Source: the human T2T-CHM13v2.0 reference genome, Homo sapiens
Assembly: GCF_009914755.1 (NCBI RefSeq)
Contig: NC_060937.1
Strand: one strand, 5' to 3'
DNA length: 64,000 nt
Shown piece by piece: positions 11,806 to 24,488 of the stretch. How positions within the stretch are numbered: the stretch's first letter is position 1; the number at the start of each line of letters is the position of its first letter. A program made the position numbers and the translations under genes. The notes under the pieces were generated by a model. That model saw only the letters and a program-made list of their open reading frames with translations. It ran no database searches and was not told where the DNA came from.

Positions 11806-13725
11806 TCCCCTCCTGCCCAGGTGACAGGTGTGGCATATGCTGGTCCTCAGCCCTGCCCAGGAGACAGTTGTGGTGTCTGTGGGTCTTCAGCCCTGCCCAG
11901 GTGACAGGTGTGGTGTGTGCTGGTCTTCAGCTGTGCCCAAGAGACAGTTGTGGTGTGCACGGGTCCTCAGCCCTGCCCAGGTGACAGGTGTGCTGTGTGC
12001 TGGTCCTCAGCCCTGCCCAGGTGACAGGCGTGCTGTGTGCTGGTTCTCAGCCCTGCCCAGGTGACAGGTGTGCTGTGCACGCGTCCTCAGCTATACACAG
12101 GTGTCAGGCGTGATGCGTGTGGGTCCTCAGCCCTGCCCAGGTGACAGGTGTGGTGTGCGCGGGTCCTCAGCCCTGCCCAGGTGACAGGTGTGCTGTGTGT
12201 GGGTCCTCAGCCCTGCCCAGGTGACAGGTGTGCTGTGTGTGGGTCCTCACCCTGCCCAGGTGACAGGTGTGCTGTGTGCTGATCCTCAGCCCTGTCCAGG
12301 TGACAGGTGTGCTGTGCACGCGTCCTCAGCTATACACAGGTGTCAGGCGTGATGCGTGTGGGTCCTCAGCCCTGTCCAGGTGACAGGTGTGGTGTGCGCA
12401 GGTCCTCAGCCCTGCCCAGGTGACAGGTGTGCTGTGTGTGGGTCCTCACCCTGCCCAGGTGACAGGTGTGTGTGCGGGTCCTCAGCCCTGCCCAGGTGAC
12501 AGGTGTGCTGTGTGCTGATCCTCAGCCCTGTCCAGGTGACAGGTGTGGTGTGCGCGGGTCCTCAGCCGTGCCCAGGTGACAGGTGTGCTGTGTGTGGGTC
12601 CTCACCCTGCCCAGGTGACAGGTGTGGTGTGTGCGGGTCCTCAGCCGTGCCCAGGTGACAGGTGTGCTGTGTGTGGGTCCTCACCCTGCCCAGGTGACAG
12701 TTGTGCTGTGTGCAGGTCCTCACCCACCCAGGTGACAGGTGTGGTGTACACGGGTCCTCAGCTGTGCCCAGGTGACAGGTGTGGTGTACGTGGGTCCTCA
12801 GCCCTGCCCAGGTGATAGGTGTGGTGTGCGCGGGTCCTCAGCCGTGCCCAGGTGACAGGTGTGCTGTGCACGCGTCCTCAGCTATACACAGGTGTCAGGC
12901 GTGATGCGTGTGGGTCCTCAGCCCTGCCCAGGTGACAGGTGTGCTGTGTGCTGATCCTCAGCCCTGTCCAGGTGACAGGTGTGGTGTGTGCGGGTCCTCA
13001 GCCGTGCCCAGGTGACAGGTGTGCTGTGTGTGGGTCCTCACCCTGCCCAGGTGACAGTTGTGCTGTGTGTGGGTCCTCACCCTGCCCAGGTGACAGTTGT
13101 GCTGTGTGCAGGTCCTCACCCACCCAGGTGACAGGTGTGGTGTACACGGGTCCTCAGCCGTGCCCAGGTGACAGGTGTGGTGTACGTGGGTCCTCAGCCC
13201 TGCCCAGGTGATAGGTGTGGTGTGCGCGGGTCCTCAGCCGTGCCCAGGTGACAGGTGTGCTGTGTGCAGGTCCTCACCCAGCCAGGTGACAGGTGTGGTG
13301 TACACGGGTCCTCAGCCGTGCCCAGGTGACAGGTGTGGTGTACGTGGGTCCTCAGCCCTGTCCAGGTGGCAGGTGTCCTGTGTGTGGGTCCTCACCCTGC
13401 CCAGGTGACAGGTGTGCTGTGCACGCGTCCTCAGCTATACACAGGTGTCAGGCGTGATGCGTGTGGGTCCTCAGCCCTGCCCAGGTGACAGGTGTGCTGT
13501 GTGCTGATCCTCAGCCCTGCCCAGGTGACAGGTGTGCTGTGTGCTGATCCTCAGCCCTGTCCAGGTGACAGGTATGGTGTGCGCGGGTCCTCAGCCCTGC
13601 CCAGGTGACAGGTGTGCTGTGTGTGGGTCCTCTGCCCTGCCCAGGTGATAGGTGTGGTGTGCATGAGTCCTCAGCCCTGCCCAGGTGACAGGTGTCCCGT
13701 GTGCTGGTCCTCAGCTGTGCCCAGG
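11806..13725. repeat. Intron 2 minisatellite, 39-40-bp unit, ~48 copies
   Basis: Unit GGGTCCTCAGCCCTGCCCAGGTGACAGGTGTGCTGTGTGT. Confidence 0.97.
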
Positions 13726-14880
13726 CTTGGGCTGTGGGTGCCGCCCGTTCCCAGTGGACATGGAATCCTTGTGTTACTGAGTGACCTGCGTGTGCTGGTT
13801 GCTGCACCAGCGGGCTTTTCTGTCGCAGTTGCTTTTTAATTGTATCCATTAAGTAGACTTTCCACAAGAAAATAATATGACTTACTAAAAAAAGTTCAAG
13901 TAATATTTCTTCTGATTATAAGAGTAATCTTAGTTGCAGAAAATTTGGAAAAATTCTAGGAAAGCAAAAAGAAGAAAATGAAGTCACGTTCATATGTGAG
14001 CTGAATTGTTAGGGTTTCATAGCATATGCCTGTTGGATTTCTATTTAGCCGTGTGTAATAAAGGCAGCTTTTCCAAGATGGGAATGTGCTGTACCTTCTG
14101 TTTCTAATCTTTTCACCTCAGTATATTGTCAGTGTTTTCTCTGGTCAGTTATTTTTTTCTACCATGTTTTCAGCAGCTGTATGTTTTTGGTACGTTGGGG
14201 AGTCGTAGATGGTCAGTTACTGAAAAAGTGGGTTAACGTGGGAGATAATTAAAAAAAAGACGCTGTACCTAAACACTTCATTTTACATTCAAACAAATGT
14301 GCATCTGGTCCCCAAATCTCTTGGCTCTGGACTGAACGCCCCTTCTTGGAGAGTGGGCCACCCCTTCAAGCCACGCCCACCATACTGGGTTTTGATTTCT
14401 GTAGACTGAATGGAGAACATAAAAGACATCTCAGGACACGGAGTGCAGCCTCCTGGGTTGTTTGCAGTTTTCCCAGGATGCTGCTAACAGTGCCACTGGT
14501 ATAGAGGGGTGTCTGGAATGAGCAAGGCTGAGTCTGAGACATGTGGATCTGTCCGAGAGAGTCCTGTCAGCCTGGTGCTTTACAGGAAAGGCGGTGGAGT
14601 TAGGAGCGCTCTTCCTGCTGCATGGATGTGTCTCAGTAATTACCCACTCCCCTGTGGTTGGGGATTCTAGTGGTTTCCAGTTAAATCTTCCCAAATTTGC
14701 ACAAATCCAGGATGAGTCTTAGGATGAATTCCTGGAGGTGAAATTGCCTGTGCGCGTGCATGTCTGTGAGTGCAGATGCTGGTCTTTTCAGGTCGCTTTC
14801 AGCACAGTGTGAGGTATAGCCGTCAGGCTTTTTAGCTGCTGTGTAGTCATTTACTTCCTCTCCTTGAAAGTATTAATGGC

Positions 14881-15172
14881 GGCCGGGTGCGGTGGCTCAC
14901 GCCTGTAATCCCAGCACTTTGGGAGGCTGAGGCGGGCGGATCACAAGGTCAGGATATCGAGACCATCCTGGCTAACATGGTGAAACCCCGTCTCTACTAA
15001 AAATACAAAAAGTTAGCTGGGCGTGGTGGCGGGCACCTGTAGTCCCAGCTACTTGGGAGGCTGAGGCAGGAGAATGGTGTGAACCCAGGAGGCGGAGCTT
15101 GCAGTGAGCCAAGATGGCGCCGCTGCACTCCCGCCTGGGCGACAGAGTGAGACTCCGTCTCAAAAAAAAAAA
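14881..15172 (+). mobile_element. Alu (Y-like)
   Basis: Full length; TSD AAAGTATTAATGGC. Confidence 0.95.
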
Positions 15173-18100
15173 GTATTAATGGCTCGGAGTAACTTGTATG
15201 GGACTTATTTTAGGCTCCACTATTTCTTTTGCCTTTAAGAAAAATCAAGGCTTGAATGAAAATATTTCGTGTCACCACTATTGATAGAACCCAAATTATA
15301 TTTTGCAGGGAAGCAGGATGAAGAGGGAGATGACCGTGGTGGGAGTTCAGCCTCTGACTTTGTTTTCATGCCTGAGTTTGAGGTCATATGTCTTACCCAG
15401 TTATTGACTCTTGGAGGCCATTCCTGCTTTAGGGCATCCTTTGACTCCGGGAGTCGTTTTTAAGCTGAGGGGCCTTATCTGGAACGATGCAGCATGGAGG
15501 ACAGATGTCTGCCTCGGTGTCATCCCGGTAGCCCGAGTTGAGCTGGCTGTGGATGAGGGGTTCCTCTTGCTTCAGGAGACCCTGGGTGTCCCCTCCCCAG
15601 CACGGCCAGGTTGGGGAGGAGGAGTCACACATTTGACAGCTCACGGGGTGTGCAGCCACAGAACTGGAAGCCTGGTCTGTAGGCTCCGTGTCTGGGAGCT
15701 CTTCAGGCCAGCGGTGGAGTCGGCTAGCCACGATGACTTTTGCCCGGACTTAACCTCTTTTTTCTCTAACAAATGGAAAAGCAGTTCCCATTGGAGTGGC
15801 CAGACCAAATCCTATTCTGGGGTGGAAGGGGATGAAGGTGGTCAGCATCGAGGTTGATCTTGATGCCAGTCCCCATCCCAGGCTGTGGTTCCAGTGGCAT
15901 TTATCACATGTGGATGCTGATCCTGGAAGCCCTGCTTCGTGTTTTTGGGCATTTGTTCCCTGGAGCCCTGTTTTTGCTCACTGTTGAGACAGAAAGGCTG
16001 CGCGTCCCCTCGCCCCAGCCTGTCCTGAGCTTGCCTCACTGTGCATCCTTGTGGGTGGGCGTCAAACCCCGCACCTGAGTCTGCTGCGGCTCTGGTGCCT
16101 GCCCGGCGCCATTGTCAGGGTGGGTGTCCTGGGCCCTCTGGATACCCCCTGTCTGGCCGGGGTTGCCGCTCCGTTCTGACCCCAGGCCACCCTGGAGGAG
16201 GGTTTCTGAGAGTGCCGGTGGCTCACTCTGTCCTTGGATGACTTGATTTTTGTTAAAATGGAAATGGAAATTCTTTCTAAAAGGGAAAAGAGTATAATGT
16301 AAAAACTTTTCCAGAAGAGAAATTAGATTAACATATTGTTATTTTTAAAGTTAGCTGCTATGATAAATAAATAGATGAATGGAGATGGTCTCCACCTCCC
16401 ACAGGCTGGCGGTATACTCGGGCGAGGGCTATGGGGCGGCTCTTCCCTGAGGCCCCAGGCCTGGACCCCGTCGCGCTGTCTGGCAGCGTGTGCTGCATTT
16501 CCCTCTGGAGGATTTTCCCACCGGAACCTGTGTGATGTGTTGTGGAGGAAGCTGTGTGAGGCAGGGGTCCCGGGGCCTGAACGGCTGGACCTTGCTAGCC
16601 CTGCGACCTCAGGTGGGGACTCCTGGCCTCTGTGTGCTCGCCTGTCCCACGTGGGCGGCCAGCTGCCCTCCCTACAGGGCAGTGAGGGAGAAAGGAGGGC
16701 GTCAGCTGCTTGCCACGTCCTGGCTGAACTTGGATGGATTCAAAAGAGTGAACATAAGGCTTTGACGAAATTAGGAGCACCTCACAGGCCTGGGCGCTGT
16801 GTAAGACCTCCTCCCAGCCACGAGGGGCTGATCTGATCAGAGCTGGAGGGACGGCCATTGCCGTGTGTCCAATGTGAGGGCTCTGAGCTCAGGAGCCAGC
16901 ATCCAGACACGCTGGGGACTCTGCGGCCTCTGTCTTTGCCCCAGTGTTGCACAGAGGGGCCCTGGCTTTCCCTGGGCACTGTTTAGAATGATTGAGGGGG
17001 TGGCAGGTGGCCAGAAACGGGAGAGGTGGAGTCTCCGAGGCAGCAGGCCTCCCCTGCAGGCTGCTGCTTCCAGGAGGGCTGCAGGCACGAGGTGTTCAAA
17101 TGCAGCAGTGACTTCATAAGAAAAGGGAGTGGAGCCGCCGACATTTCAGGTGAGTTGTCATCAAGAGTGCAGAATCCAACTGTGTTGGGAGCCACTTGCT
17201 GGTGCCTGGCCAAGTTCCCGTCTGGTCCCTCTACTCCCCACCACCCCAGCCCTGGAAAACCGTGCCTGCCAGGTTCATACCACACAACCCGGTGCAGCCC
17301 ACCCCAAAGACAGCGGGAGGCAGGATGCAAGCACCTTTTTAACGGCTGTGGAACTGATGTATGGGTTTTCCAGGCAGTTTTGCATTTGTGCCTGTTGTAG
17401 ACTAGAGCATCATTTGGTGTTTTTCTGCTGGAAAAGCAGGCTTTAGAGTGGTGGCTGAAAGTCTCATTATAGATTATATAGATTAGAGCAGCCTCTCCTG
17501 GGAGAGGGATGCTGGGTGCCTGCCTTCCAAGTGTCTGCTCATGAGTGGATGGGCCCCACCCTCTGTGCCTGCTGGGGCTTCAGAATCCACTGGTTTCCTG
17601 AAGGTTCTGGTGCCCCCGAAGCACAGCCCCACCTCCCTAACCTGCCCTCCTGTGACTCCCATTGTGTATGAACTTACCTCCTCGCTCTTCAGCTTCCCCT
17701 GCCTGATGGCTCCAGGCTGTCCCCTGAGGACCTGGGGTTCGTGTTGCCCTCCTGGGTGGAGTCTGCGTCCCCCTTTCCTGGTCATTTAAGTTGCGTGGGG
17801 CCGGGAGGAGGCGTTCTCTGCCCCTACGTGGCTCACACTGTGGTTCTGTGGCCGCCGTCCCTCTGTCCGCTCGGGGTAGCCAGCTTCCTCTGACTCTTTC
17901 TTAGGGTGATGTTGGGCACCACCCTCGCCTGCAGCTCATCACCTCTGGATGGATCTTGTTAGGTGTGTGGCTTTTCCCTTAGTTTAGAAAATGAAATCGC
18001 CTTATTGCTTTGTTCGGTTATGAAAATGGAAAGTTTATTTAAAAACGTAGGGTGCAGAAAGGTGTCAGAAAGTAAGCAGTCATCTGAAATGACAGTCAAC

Positions 18101-18830
18101 GGGGCTCTGCTGTTAAGGCTTTTTGGTGATTGTTTCTGGGGATGCCCTAGATGTGTGTGTTTAAATACACATGTACAGTACGGAATTCTAAATAAATGAA
18201 CTCACATGTTTTGTTCACTGCTATGTTTTACTCAACAGTTTGTCCTAGGTTTTTTTTTTTCACATCAATAAATATAAGCAGAGATAATTCTAAAAAATTT
18301 GTGGAACGTTTCAGACACACACAAAGGAGAGAGATTGTGCTGGTGCCTCGTCCCTGTCACGGACCTGGGTGACTCCCTGCCGGGCCAGGGTGATCATTAA
18401 GTAGTTATTAAATATTCTGACATGTGTCTCTCAGAGATAGTCATTCACTCTTATTGTCACATAGGCAGCATTTACATTTCTCAAGTTGTCTCAAATTTGG
18501 AAAGTTTGTTTGCATTGGAGCCTCGCCCCCTCCAGGCTGCTGGAGTCTGGTCTCGCTGATGCGCCCTCACGTACTCCACCCTGTTGATGGGCTGCCCTGG
18601 CTGAATGTTCATCCTTCGAAACCCTCAAAGGTGTTGGGTGTTGGGGCCTTTGGGAGTGACTAGAATTGAGTGAGGGCACGCGGGTGTAGTCCCCCCTGCC
18701 CTGTTGGATCAGTGTCCTGATAGCCAGTCCCCACGGCGAGCCTGCCCTTTTCCCACCTTGCGAGGCCCAAGGAGGAGGTAGTAGGTGCAGCCTGGAAGCT
18801 GGCTCTGCCCTGACCTCCCGCTTCCACATC

Positions 18831-20065
18831 CAGGACCGTGAGAGAGAATCCTTGCACTTAGGGCTCCAGGACTACGAGAGAGAACCCAGGACCGTGAGAG
18901 AGAACCCAGGACCATGAGAAAGAACCCAGGACCGTGAAAGAGAACCCTTGTGCTTAGGGCTTCAGGACTGCCAGAGAGAATCCTTGTATGTAGGGCTCCA
19001 GAACCGTGAGAGAGAACCCAGGACTGTGATAAAGAATCCTTGCACGTAGGGCTCCAGGACCATGAGAGAGAGCCCAGGACCGTGAGAGAGAATCCTTGTA
19101 TGTAGGGCTCCAGAACCGTGAGAGAGAACCCAGGACTGTGAGAGAGAATCCTTGCACGTAGGGCTCCAGGACCATGAGAGAGAACCCAGGACCGTGAGAG
19201 AGAATCCTTGTATGTAGGGCTCCAGAGCCGTGAGAGAGAACCCAGGACCGTGAGAGAGAATCCTTGCACGTAGGGCTCCAGGACCGTGAGAGAGAACCCT
19301 CGTGCTTAGGGCTCCAGGACCATGAGAGAGAACCCTCACACATAGGGCTCCAGGACCGCGATAGAGAACTCAGGACCGTGAGAGAGAACCCTTGCACGTA
19401 GGGCTCCAGGACCATGAGAGAGAACCCTCACACATAGGGCTCCAGGACCGCGATAGAGAACCCAGGACCGTAAGCGAGAATCCTTGCACTTAGGGCTCCA
19501 GGACTGTGAGAGAGAACCCTTGCACATAGGGCTCCAGGACTGCAAGAGAGAACCCAGAACCATGAGAGAGAATCCTTGTACGTAGGGCTCCAGGACCATG
19601 AGACAGAACCCTCACGTGGGGATCCAGGACCGCGATAGAGAACTCAGGACTGCAAGAGAGAACCCAGGACCCAGGACCGTGAGAGAGAATCCTCGCACGT
19701 GGGGCTCCAGGACCATAAGAGAGAACCCTTACACGTAGAGCTCCAGGACCGTGATAGAGAACTCAGGATGGTGAGAGAGAATCCTTGCATGTAGGGCTCC
19801 AGGACCATGAGAGAGAACCCTCACGTAGGGCTCCAGGACCGCGATAGAGAACCCAGGACCGTGAGAGAGAATCCTTGCACGTAGGGCTACAGGACCGTGA
19901 GAGACAACCCTCACACGTAGAACTCCAGGACCGTGATAGAGAACTCAGGACTGCAAGAGAGAACCCAGGACCCAGAACCGTGAGAGAGAATCCTCGCACG
20001 TGGGGCTCCAGGACCATGAGACAGAAGCCTTGCACGTAGGGCTCCAGGACCACGAGAGAGAACCC
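18831..20065. repeat. Composite minisatellite of 36-bp and 20-bp related units
   Basis: CAGGACCGTGAGAGAGAATCCTTGCACGTAGGGCTC alternating with CAGGACCGTGAGAGAGAACC. Confidence 0.95.
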
Positions 20066-20844
20066 TCCTGCTCTTCCCACTTGATGCTTTTGCTCACTCG
20101 GAGCGTGTTTGTGAGATGAGCCTTCACGCTGTCCTGGATCTTCTCCAGATGCGAGGTTCTTTTCTGCTGCATCCCTCCTCTGTGGTGGCACCATCTCCTC
20201 TTGCCTGAGGTGGGGAGGTGTTGGCCTCCGTAGCTGAGAAGGGCTGGGCCTGGCGGTCACCCAGCGTCTCCTGCCTGGACTTAGCAACTTGAACCAGCAG
20301 CGTCTGTCACCTCCTAGTGCCTGTTAGGAGCCCAGGTCCCCGTTCAGCCTGTCCCGGGCGGCCCTGGCCTGTGGTGCCCTGAGTTGGTCTGGGCAGGACC
20401 ACTTTCAAATTAACTCACCCGGCTGCTGGTGGGATCCCGCTCCTTGTGGGCTGTTGGTGGGGGTGTGTTCTTGCACTTTGCCTTGTGGGCCCCTGCGTAG
20501 GGCAGCTCGCTGGTGGCTTCCTCAGGGTGAGCCAGCAAGGTCAGAGTCGGTCTCTTGAGGCCACCCTCACCCTCACCAGGCTCTGGTGCTTGGTGGGAGC
20601 AGGGCAGGGCAGCCCACTTGGGGGCCCCTGCAGGGCCAGGGCACTGGAAGGGATGGCTAGGGCCACCGGAGGTCGTCCCTGAGCTCTGGGGTTGTGTTTG
20701 TTCCCAGGTGTGCTCTCCAGGGTCCAGGAGGACTCGTGGGAGCTCGAGGCTGGGGTCCCAGGCCCGGCCCCAGAGGAAGGGCCTGTGGCCAGGTGCGCGG
20801 AAGGTGCTGGCTATTTGTGGTGGGCAACCCAACAGCCAAAAGGG

Positions 20845-21495
20845 AGGAGCAGAGAGAGTTCTCCGCAGGAGTTGATGGGGGAGCAGACAGAGTTACCCGC
20901 AGGAGTTGAGGGAGGAGCGGATGGAGTTACCTGCAGGAGTCGAGGGAGGAGCGGAGAGAGCTACTCCCTCTGTAGCTCTGAGAGGAGGACAGAGCTACTC
21001 CCTCTGTAGCTCTGAGAGGAGGACAGAGCTACTCCCTCTGTAGCCCTGTAGCGGACAGAGGAGGGACGGAGCTACCCGCAGGAGTCGAGGGAGGAGCGGA
21101 CAGAGTTACCTGAAGGAGTTCAGGGAGGAGTGGATGGAGTTACCCACAGCAGTCGAGGGAGAAGCGGATGGAGTTACCCGCAGGAGTCGAGGGAGGAGTG
21201 GACAGAGTTACCCGCAGGAGTTGAGGGAGGAGTGGACGGAGTTACCCACAGGAGTCGAGGGAGGAGTGGACGGAGTTACCCGCAGGAGCTGAGGGAGGAG
21301 CGGACGGAGTTACCTGCAGGAGTCGAGGGAGGAGTGGACTGAGTTACCTGCAGGAGTCGAGGGAGGAGTGGACAGAGTTACCCGCAGGAGTTGAGGGAGG
21401 AGTGGATGGAGTTACCTGCAGGAGTCGAGAGGGGAGCGGATGGAGTTCTCCGCACGAGTCAAAGGAGGAGCGGAGAGAGTTCTGTGCAGGAGTCC
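20845..21495. repeat. Purine-rich minisatellite, 34-bp unit
   Basis: CAGGAGTCGAGGGAGGAGTGGACAGAGTTACCCG repeated; variant units at 20957-21050. Confidence 0.93.
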
Positions 21496-21734
21496 CGTGC
21501 TGGGGCCAGGAGGGTCCTGGTAGCAGGCGGGGCCCATCCCAGCTGCTGTTTATAGAGTGGCCTCTTCCCCAGGTCTCTTCATTCATTATGCAGTTTAATG
21601 TGCAGTGCAAGTGTTTTCTGCCCTGGGGTCTGGCGCAGGCCACTCCAGTCCTCAGGGGGATCCCTCAGTGCAGCTGGGTCACTTTCTTCTCAGCTCTGCT
21701 TACTTTTGAAATTAAGATTGTTCCTTGACACTTT

Positions 21735-21837
21735 TATGGCTGTTGCGTAGGCAGAGTTGAGTGGCTGTGACAGAGACTGGGTGACCCTCAAGCCTGAATC
21801 ATTTGCAGGGTCCCCCCTGAGAAGTGTGCGGCCCTGG
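21735..21837 (+). mobile_element. MER58-like hAT-Charlie fragment
   Basis: GGCAGAGTTGAGTGGCTGTGACAGAGACT...AAGCCTGAA...GCCCTG resembles the MER58 end as I recall it. Confidence 0.55.
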
Positions 21838-21955
21838 CGTCCCTCTCTCCAGCCCTGCCCTGGGCCTGGCTTGTGAACCTGTGATGTCGGGACTGCAGGG
21901 CCCCTGCTGGGCCGTTTTCTTACCAGGCAAAATTCCTGCTTCACAGAGTTGATGC

Positions 21956-22152
21956 CAGGGGTGTCAAATCTTTTGTTTTCCCTGGGCCACATTGGAAGAA
22001 GAATTGTCTTGGGCCACATAAAATAGAATAACACTAACAATAGTTGAGCTAAAAAAAAAAAAAAAACGTATAATTTACAAATTTGTGTTGGGCTGCATGC
22101 AGAGGTGTCCTGGACCACATGCAGCCTGCAGGACACAGGTCGGATAAGCCTG
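21956..22152 (+). mobile_element. MER30 (hAT-Charlie MITE)
   Basis: CAGGGGTGTCAAATCTTTTG..CCCTGGGCCACATTGGAAGAAGAATTGTCTTGGGCCAC start; internal polyA; ends GATAAGCCTG. Confidence 0.8.
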
Positions 22153-22998
22153 GTTTATACTCTAGTGGGGAGCTGTTAGCAATGGAAATGGTCAGTTGTT
22201 CAGTAGATTAGAAAGTGCAGAGAAGAGCAGGGCAGAGAAGGGTGAGACAGCGTGGGGTCCAGGTGTATGCCCCACCTGGCTGCTGTGTGTTGCTTGCTGA
22301 CCCCCTCATGGGCCTTCGAGTGTAAGGGAGAGTCCTCTTCATGCCCTCGCACCCTCCTGGGTCTCTAGGGCTTGTGTGTCCCCAGGGGAGGAGCCCCCTG
22401 GACACACCCTGGCGGGTGCTGGCTGGCAAAGAGGGAGGCGTTGAGGGCCCGGGCAGCGCCTCCATCCTGGCCAGGCAAGTGCAGCTTCAGGTTGTGAGAA
22501 CCGTGGTCACCTGTGTGTTTTAAAGATGACGGCAGTGATAGGTCCCCTTTTGGGCCTGGCATGGAAATTAGTCACATTCGTAGACCCTGTCACAGAGTGG
22601 GCACTGGTGATGTCATCTTTTATAGTTCTTATTTTCAATTGATTCAGCTTTTTCTAGCAGCATGGCGTGTTTTACGAACGTGTGTTTTGCTGTTACTGCT
22701 GCTACTCATAGTATGGTTTTGTCTAATGTAAGACAGAAGAGAATAATCTACTGTTATCTCCATGAAGTACAAACACAAATACAGTTGAATATAGTTTTTC
22801 TAATAGAAATTAAGGTTAGTTTTAGCCAAGGAGCACCTTTGCTGTTGGCTTATATGTTAATGTGTTTAGCACCTTGAGGTGTCCTTACTGGCAGGTAGGG
22901 TTGCATCTTGAGTGTAAAGATTTAACAGGAAAATAAGTCCAGTGCACATGTCTTAAAATTAATAGCAATTTCAGCAATATGTTAAAAACACGAAGCTA

Positions 22999-23258
22999 GG
23001 CCAGGCGTGGTAGCTTACACCTGCTTGAGCCCAGGAGTTCGAGACCAGCCTGGGCAGCGTAATGAGACCTCGTCTCTACTACAAATAAAAAAAAATTAGC
23101 CAGGCATGGGGTGCATGCCTGTCCCAGCTACTTTGGAGGCTGAGGTGAAAGGATGGCTTGAACCGGGAAGGTCAAGGCTGCAGTGAGCTGAGATCTTACC
23201 ACTGCACCCTAGCATGGGTGACAGAGTAACAGCCTGTCTCAAAAAAAAAAAAAAAAAA
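22999..23258 (+). mobile_element. Alu (J-type), left arm partly deleted
   Basis: GAGCCCAGGAGTTCGAGACC and GGTCAAGGCTGCAGTGAGC; polyA tail. Confidence 0.9.
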
Positions 23259-24488
23259 GGCAAATTAAACTATTTGTGTTTTGGTGGTGCTTGTTACTGA
23301 GTTCCTGTGGGTCACAGCCCACAAGAAATGCAAGGAGGACCCACATGAGGGTCTTTCCTACAGCTCCTTACATGCTCAAGCTGGTAATTGTGGTCTAGTA
23401 GTAGCTACTGAATATCAACCCATAAGAATGACTTCATATTAAAAAACCACAGAGGCTATAATTGGGTCTGTCTTAGTAAGTTCTAAAGTGTCAGTAGAGA
23501 CCCAGACTCACACCCACACTCCTAAGGGCAGGACACAGGGGAGGCTGTGGCCTTGGATCCTGTGTGGCTGAAATGGGGTTGCCTATTCAGGTGCTGAGTT
23601 TGAGATGGGAGCTGGCCCCTGGCCTGGAGAGTGGGGACTTGTGCCGAGGCCACTTTGCTGTTGCCCAGCAGGCCAGCGTGCACCCCTTGCGCATCCTGTT
23701 GACACGAGCACTGAGCGGACAGACCTCGGCTGGTGTTCCTGTTAACAGGTCCCACTTAGCAGCCTCCGTTTACAGCCAGCCCGGGACCTGCCTGGCAGGA
23801 CCCCTGGTAGTTCTGTGTCATAGGAGCCCCTCTTTGTTCCAGGCCAACCAGGACAGGCGGTCACCCCACATACAGGGTTCTGAACGTTCTGACGTTACAG
23901 CGGGGGTCTGGTGCTGTTGTCTCAGGCAGGAATGGAGGCTGAGGGTCTGCACGTTTACTGCTGTGTGCAGGCCCCGTCCCAGGAGCGAGGTGGAGCCCAT
24001 GTGAGGAGGTTGTGGTCTTTGTAAAGGTGGGCAGCAGCGAGTCATGAACTGCAAGCTCTTGGTAGGTTTTGGACGGGACGTGGCTGGCTGAGCTTCCTCT
24101 TGGCTGTGTGGAGCCTCAGCAGGGCGTTGTGTTTGACGGCAAATGGGAATTAAATCATGGCATCGTCACTGTCTTTTTTAGGGACGATGCTGCACTTAGT
24201 TCTTGCGACTCTTCCTGTTGTCAGTTGGGGCGGGGGGGCGTCATAACATTCTTTCCTGTCCTTGGGGGTCACCTTCCAGGAAAGGGGTGGGTGTCAGAGA
24301 GTGAGTGTGGCTTTGAAAGGCTGGTGTTGAGTGGGATCTCGTTTTTCAGGTGATGGTGCCAGTGATCTTTCCGTGCGGAACTAAGTTTATGCAGGGTTCA
24401 AGATCCATTCAAAGATAAATTCAGTGACGACCTGGTTGATGAAAAGAACCACTTTTTTTTAATGTTCTAGAGAAAACTCTTTAACTGC

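Noticed and set aside
11806-13725. CRISPR-like array interpretation of this and other 34-42-bp repeats
   Set aside because: The units are head-to-tail with no unique spacers, there are no cas genes, and the context is mammalian; these are minisatellites.
13990-14810. Possible ancient antisense L1ME fragments (also ~34150-34450 and ~58250-58600)
   Set aside because: Resemblance only; boundaries and family cannot be supported without alignment.
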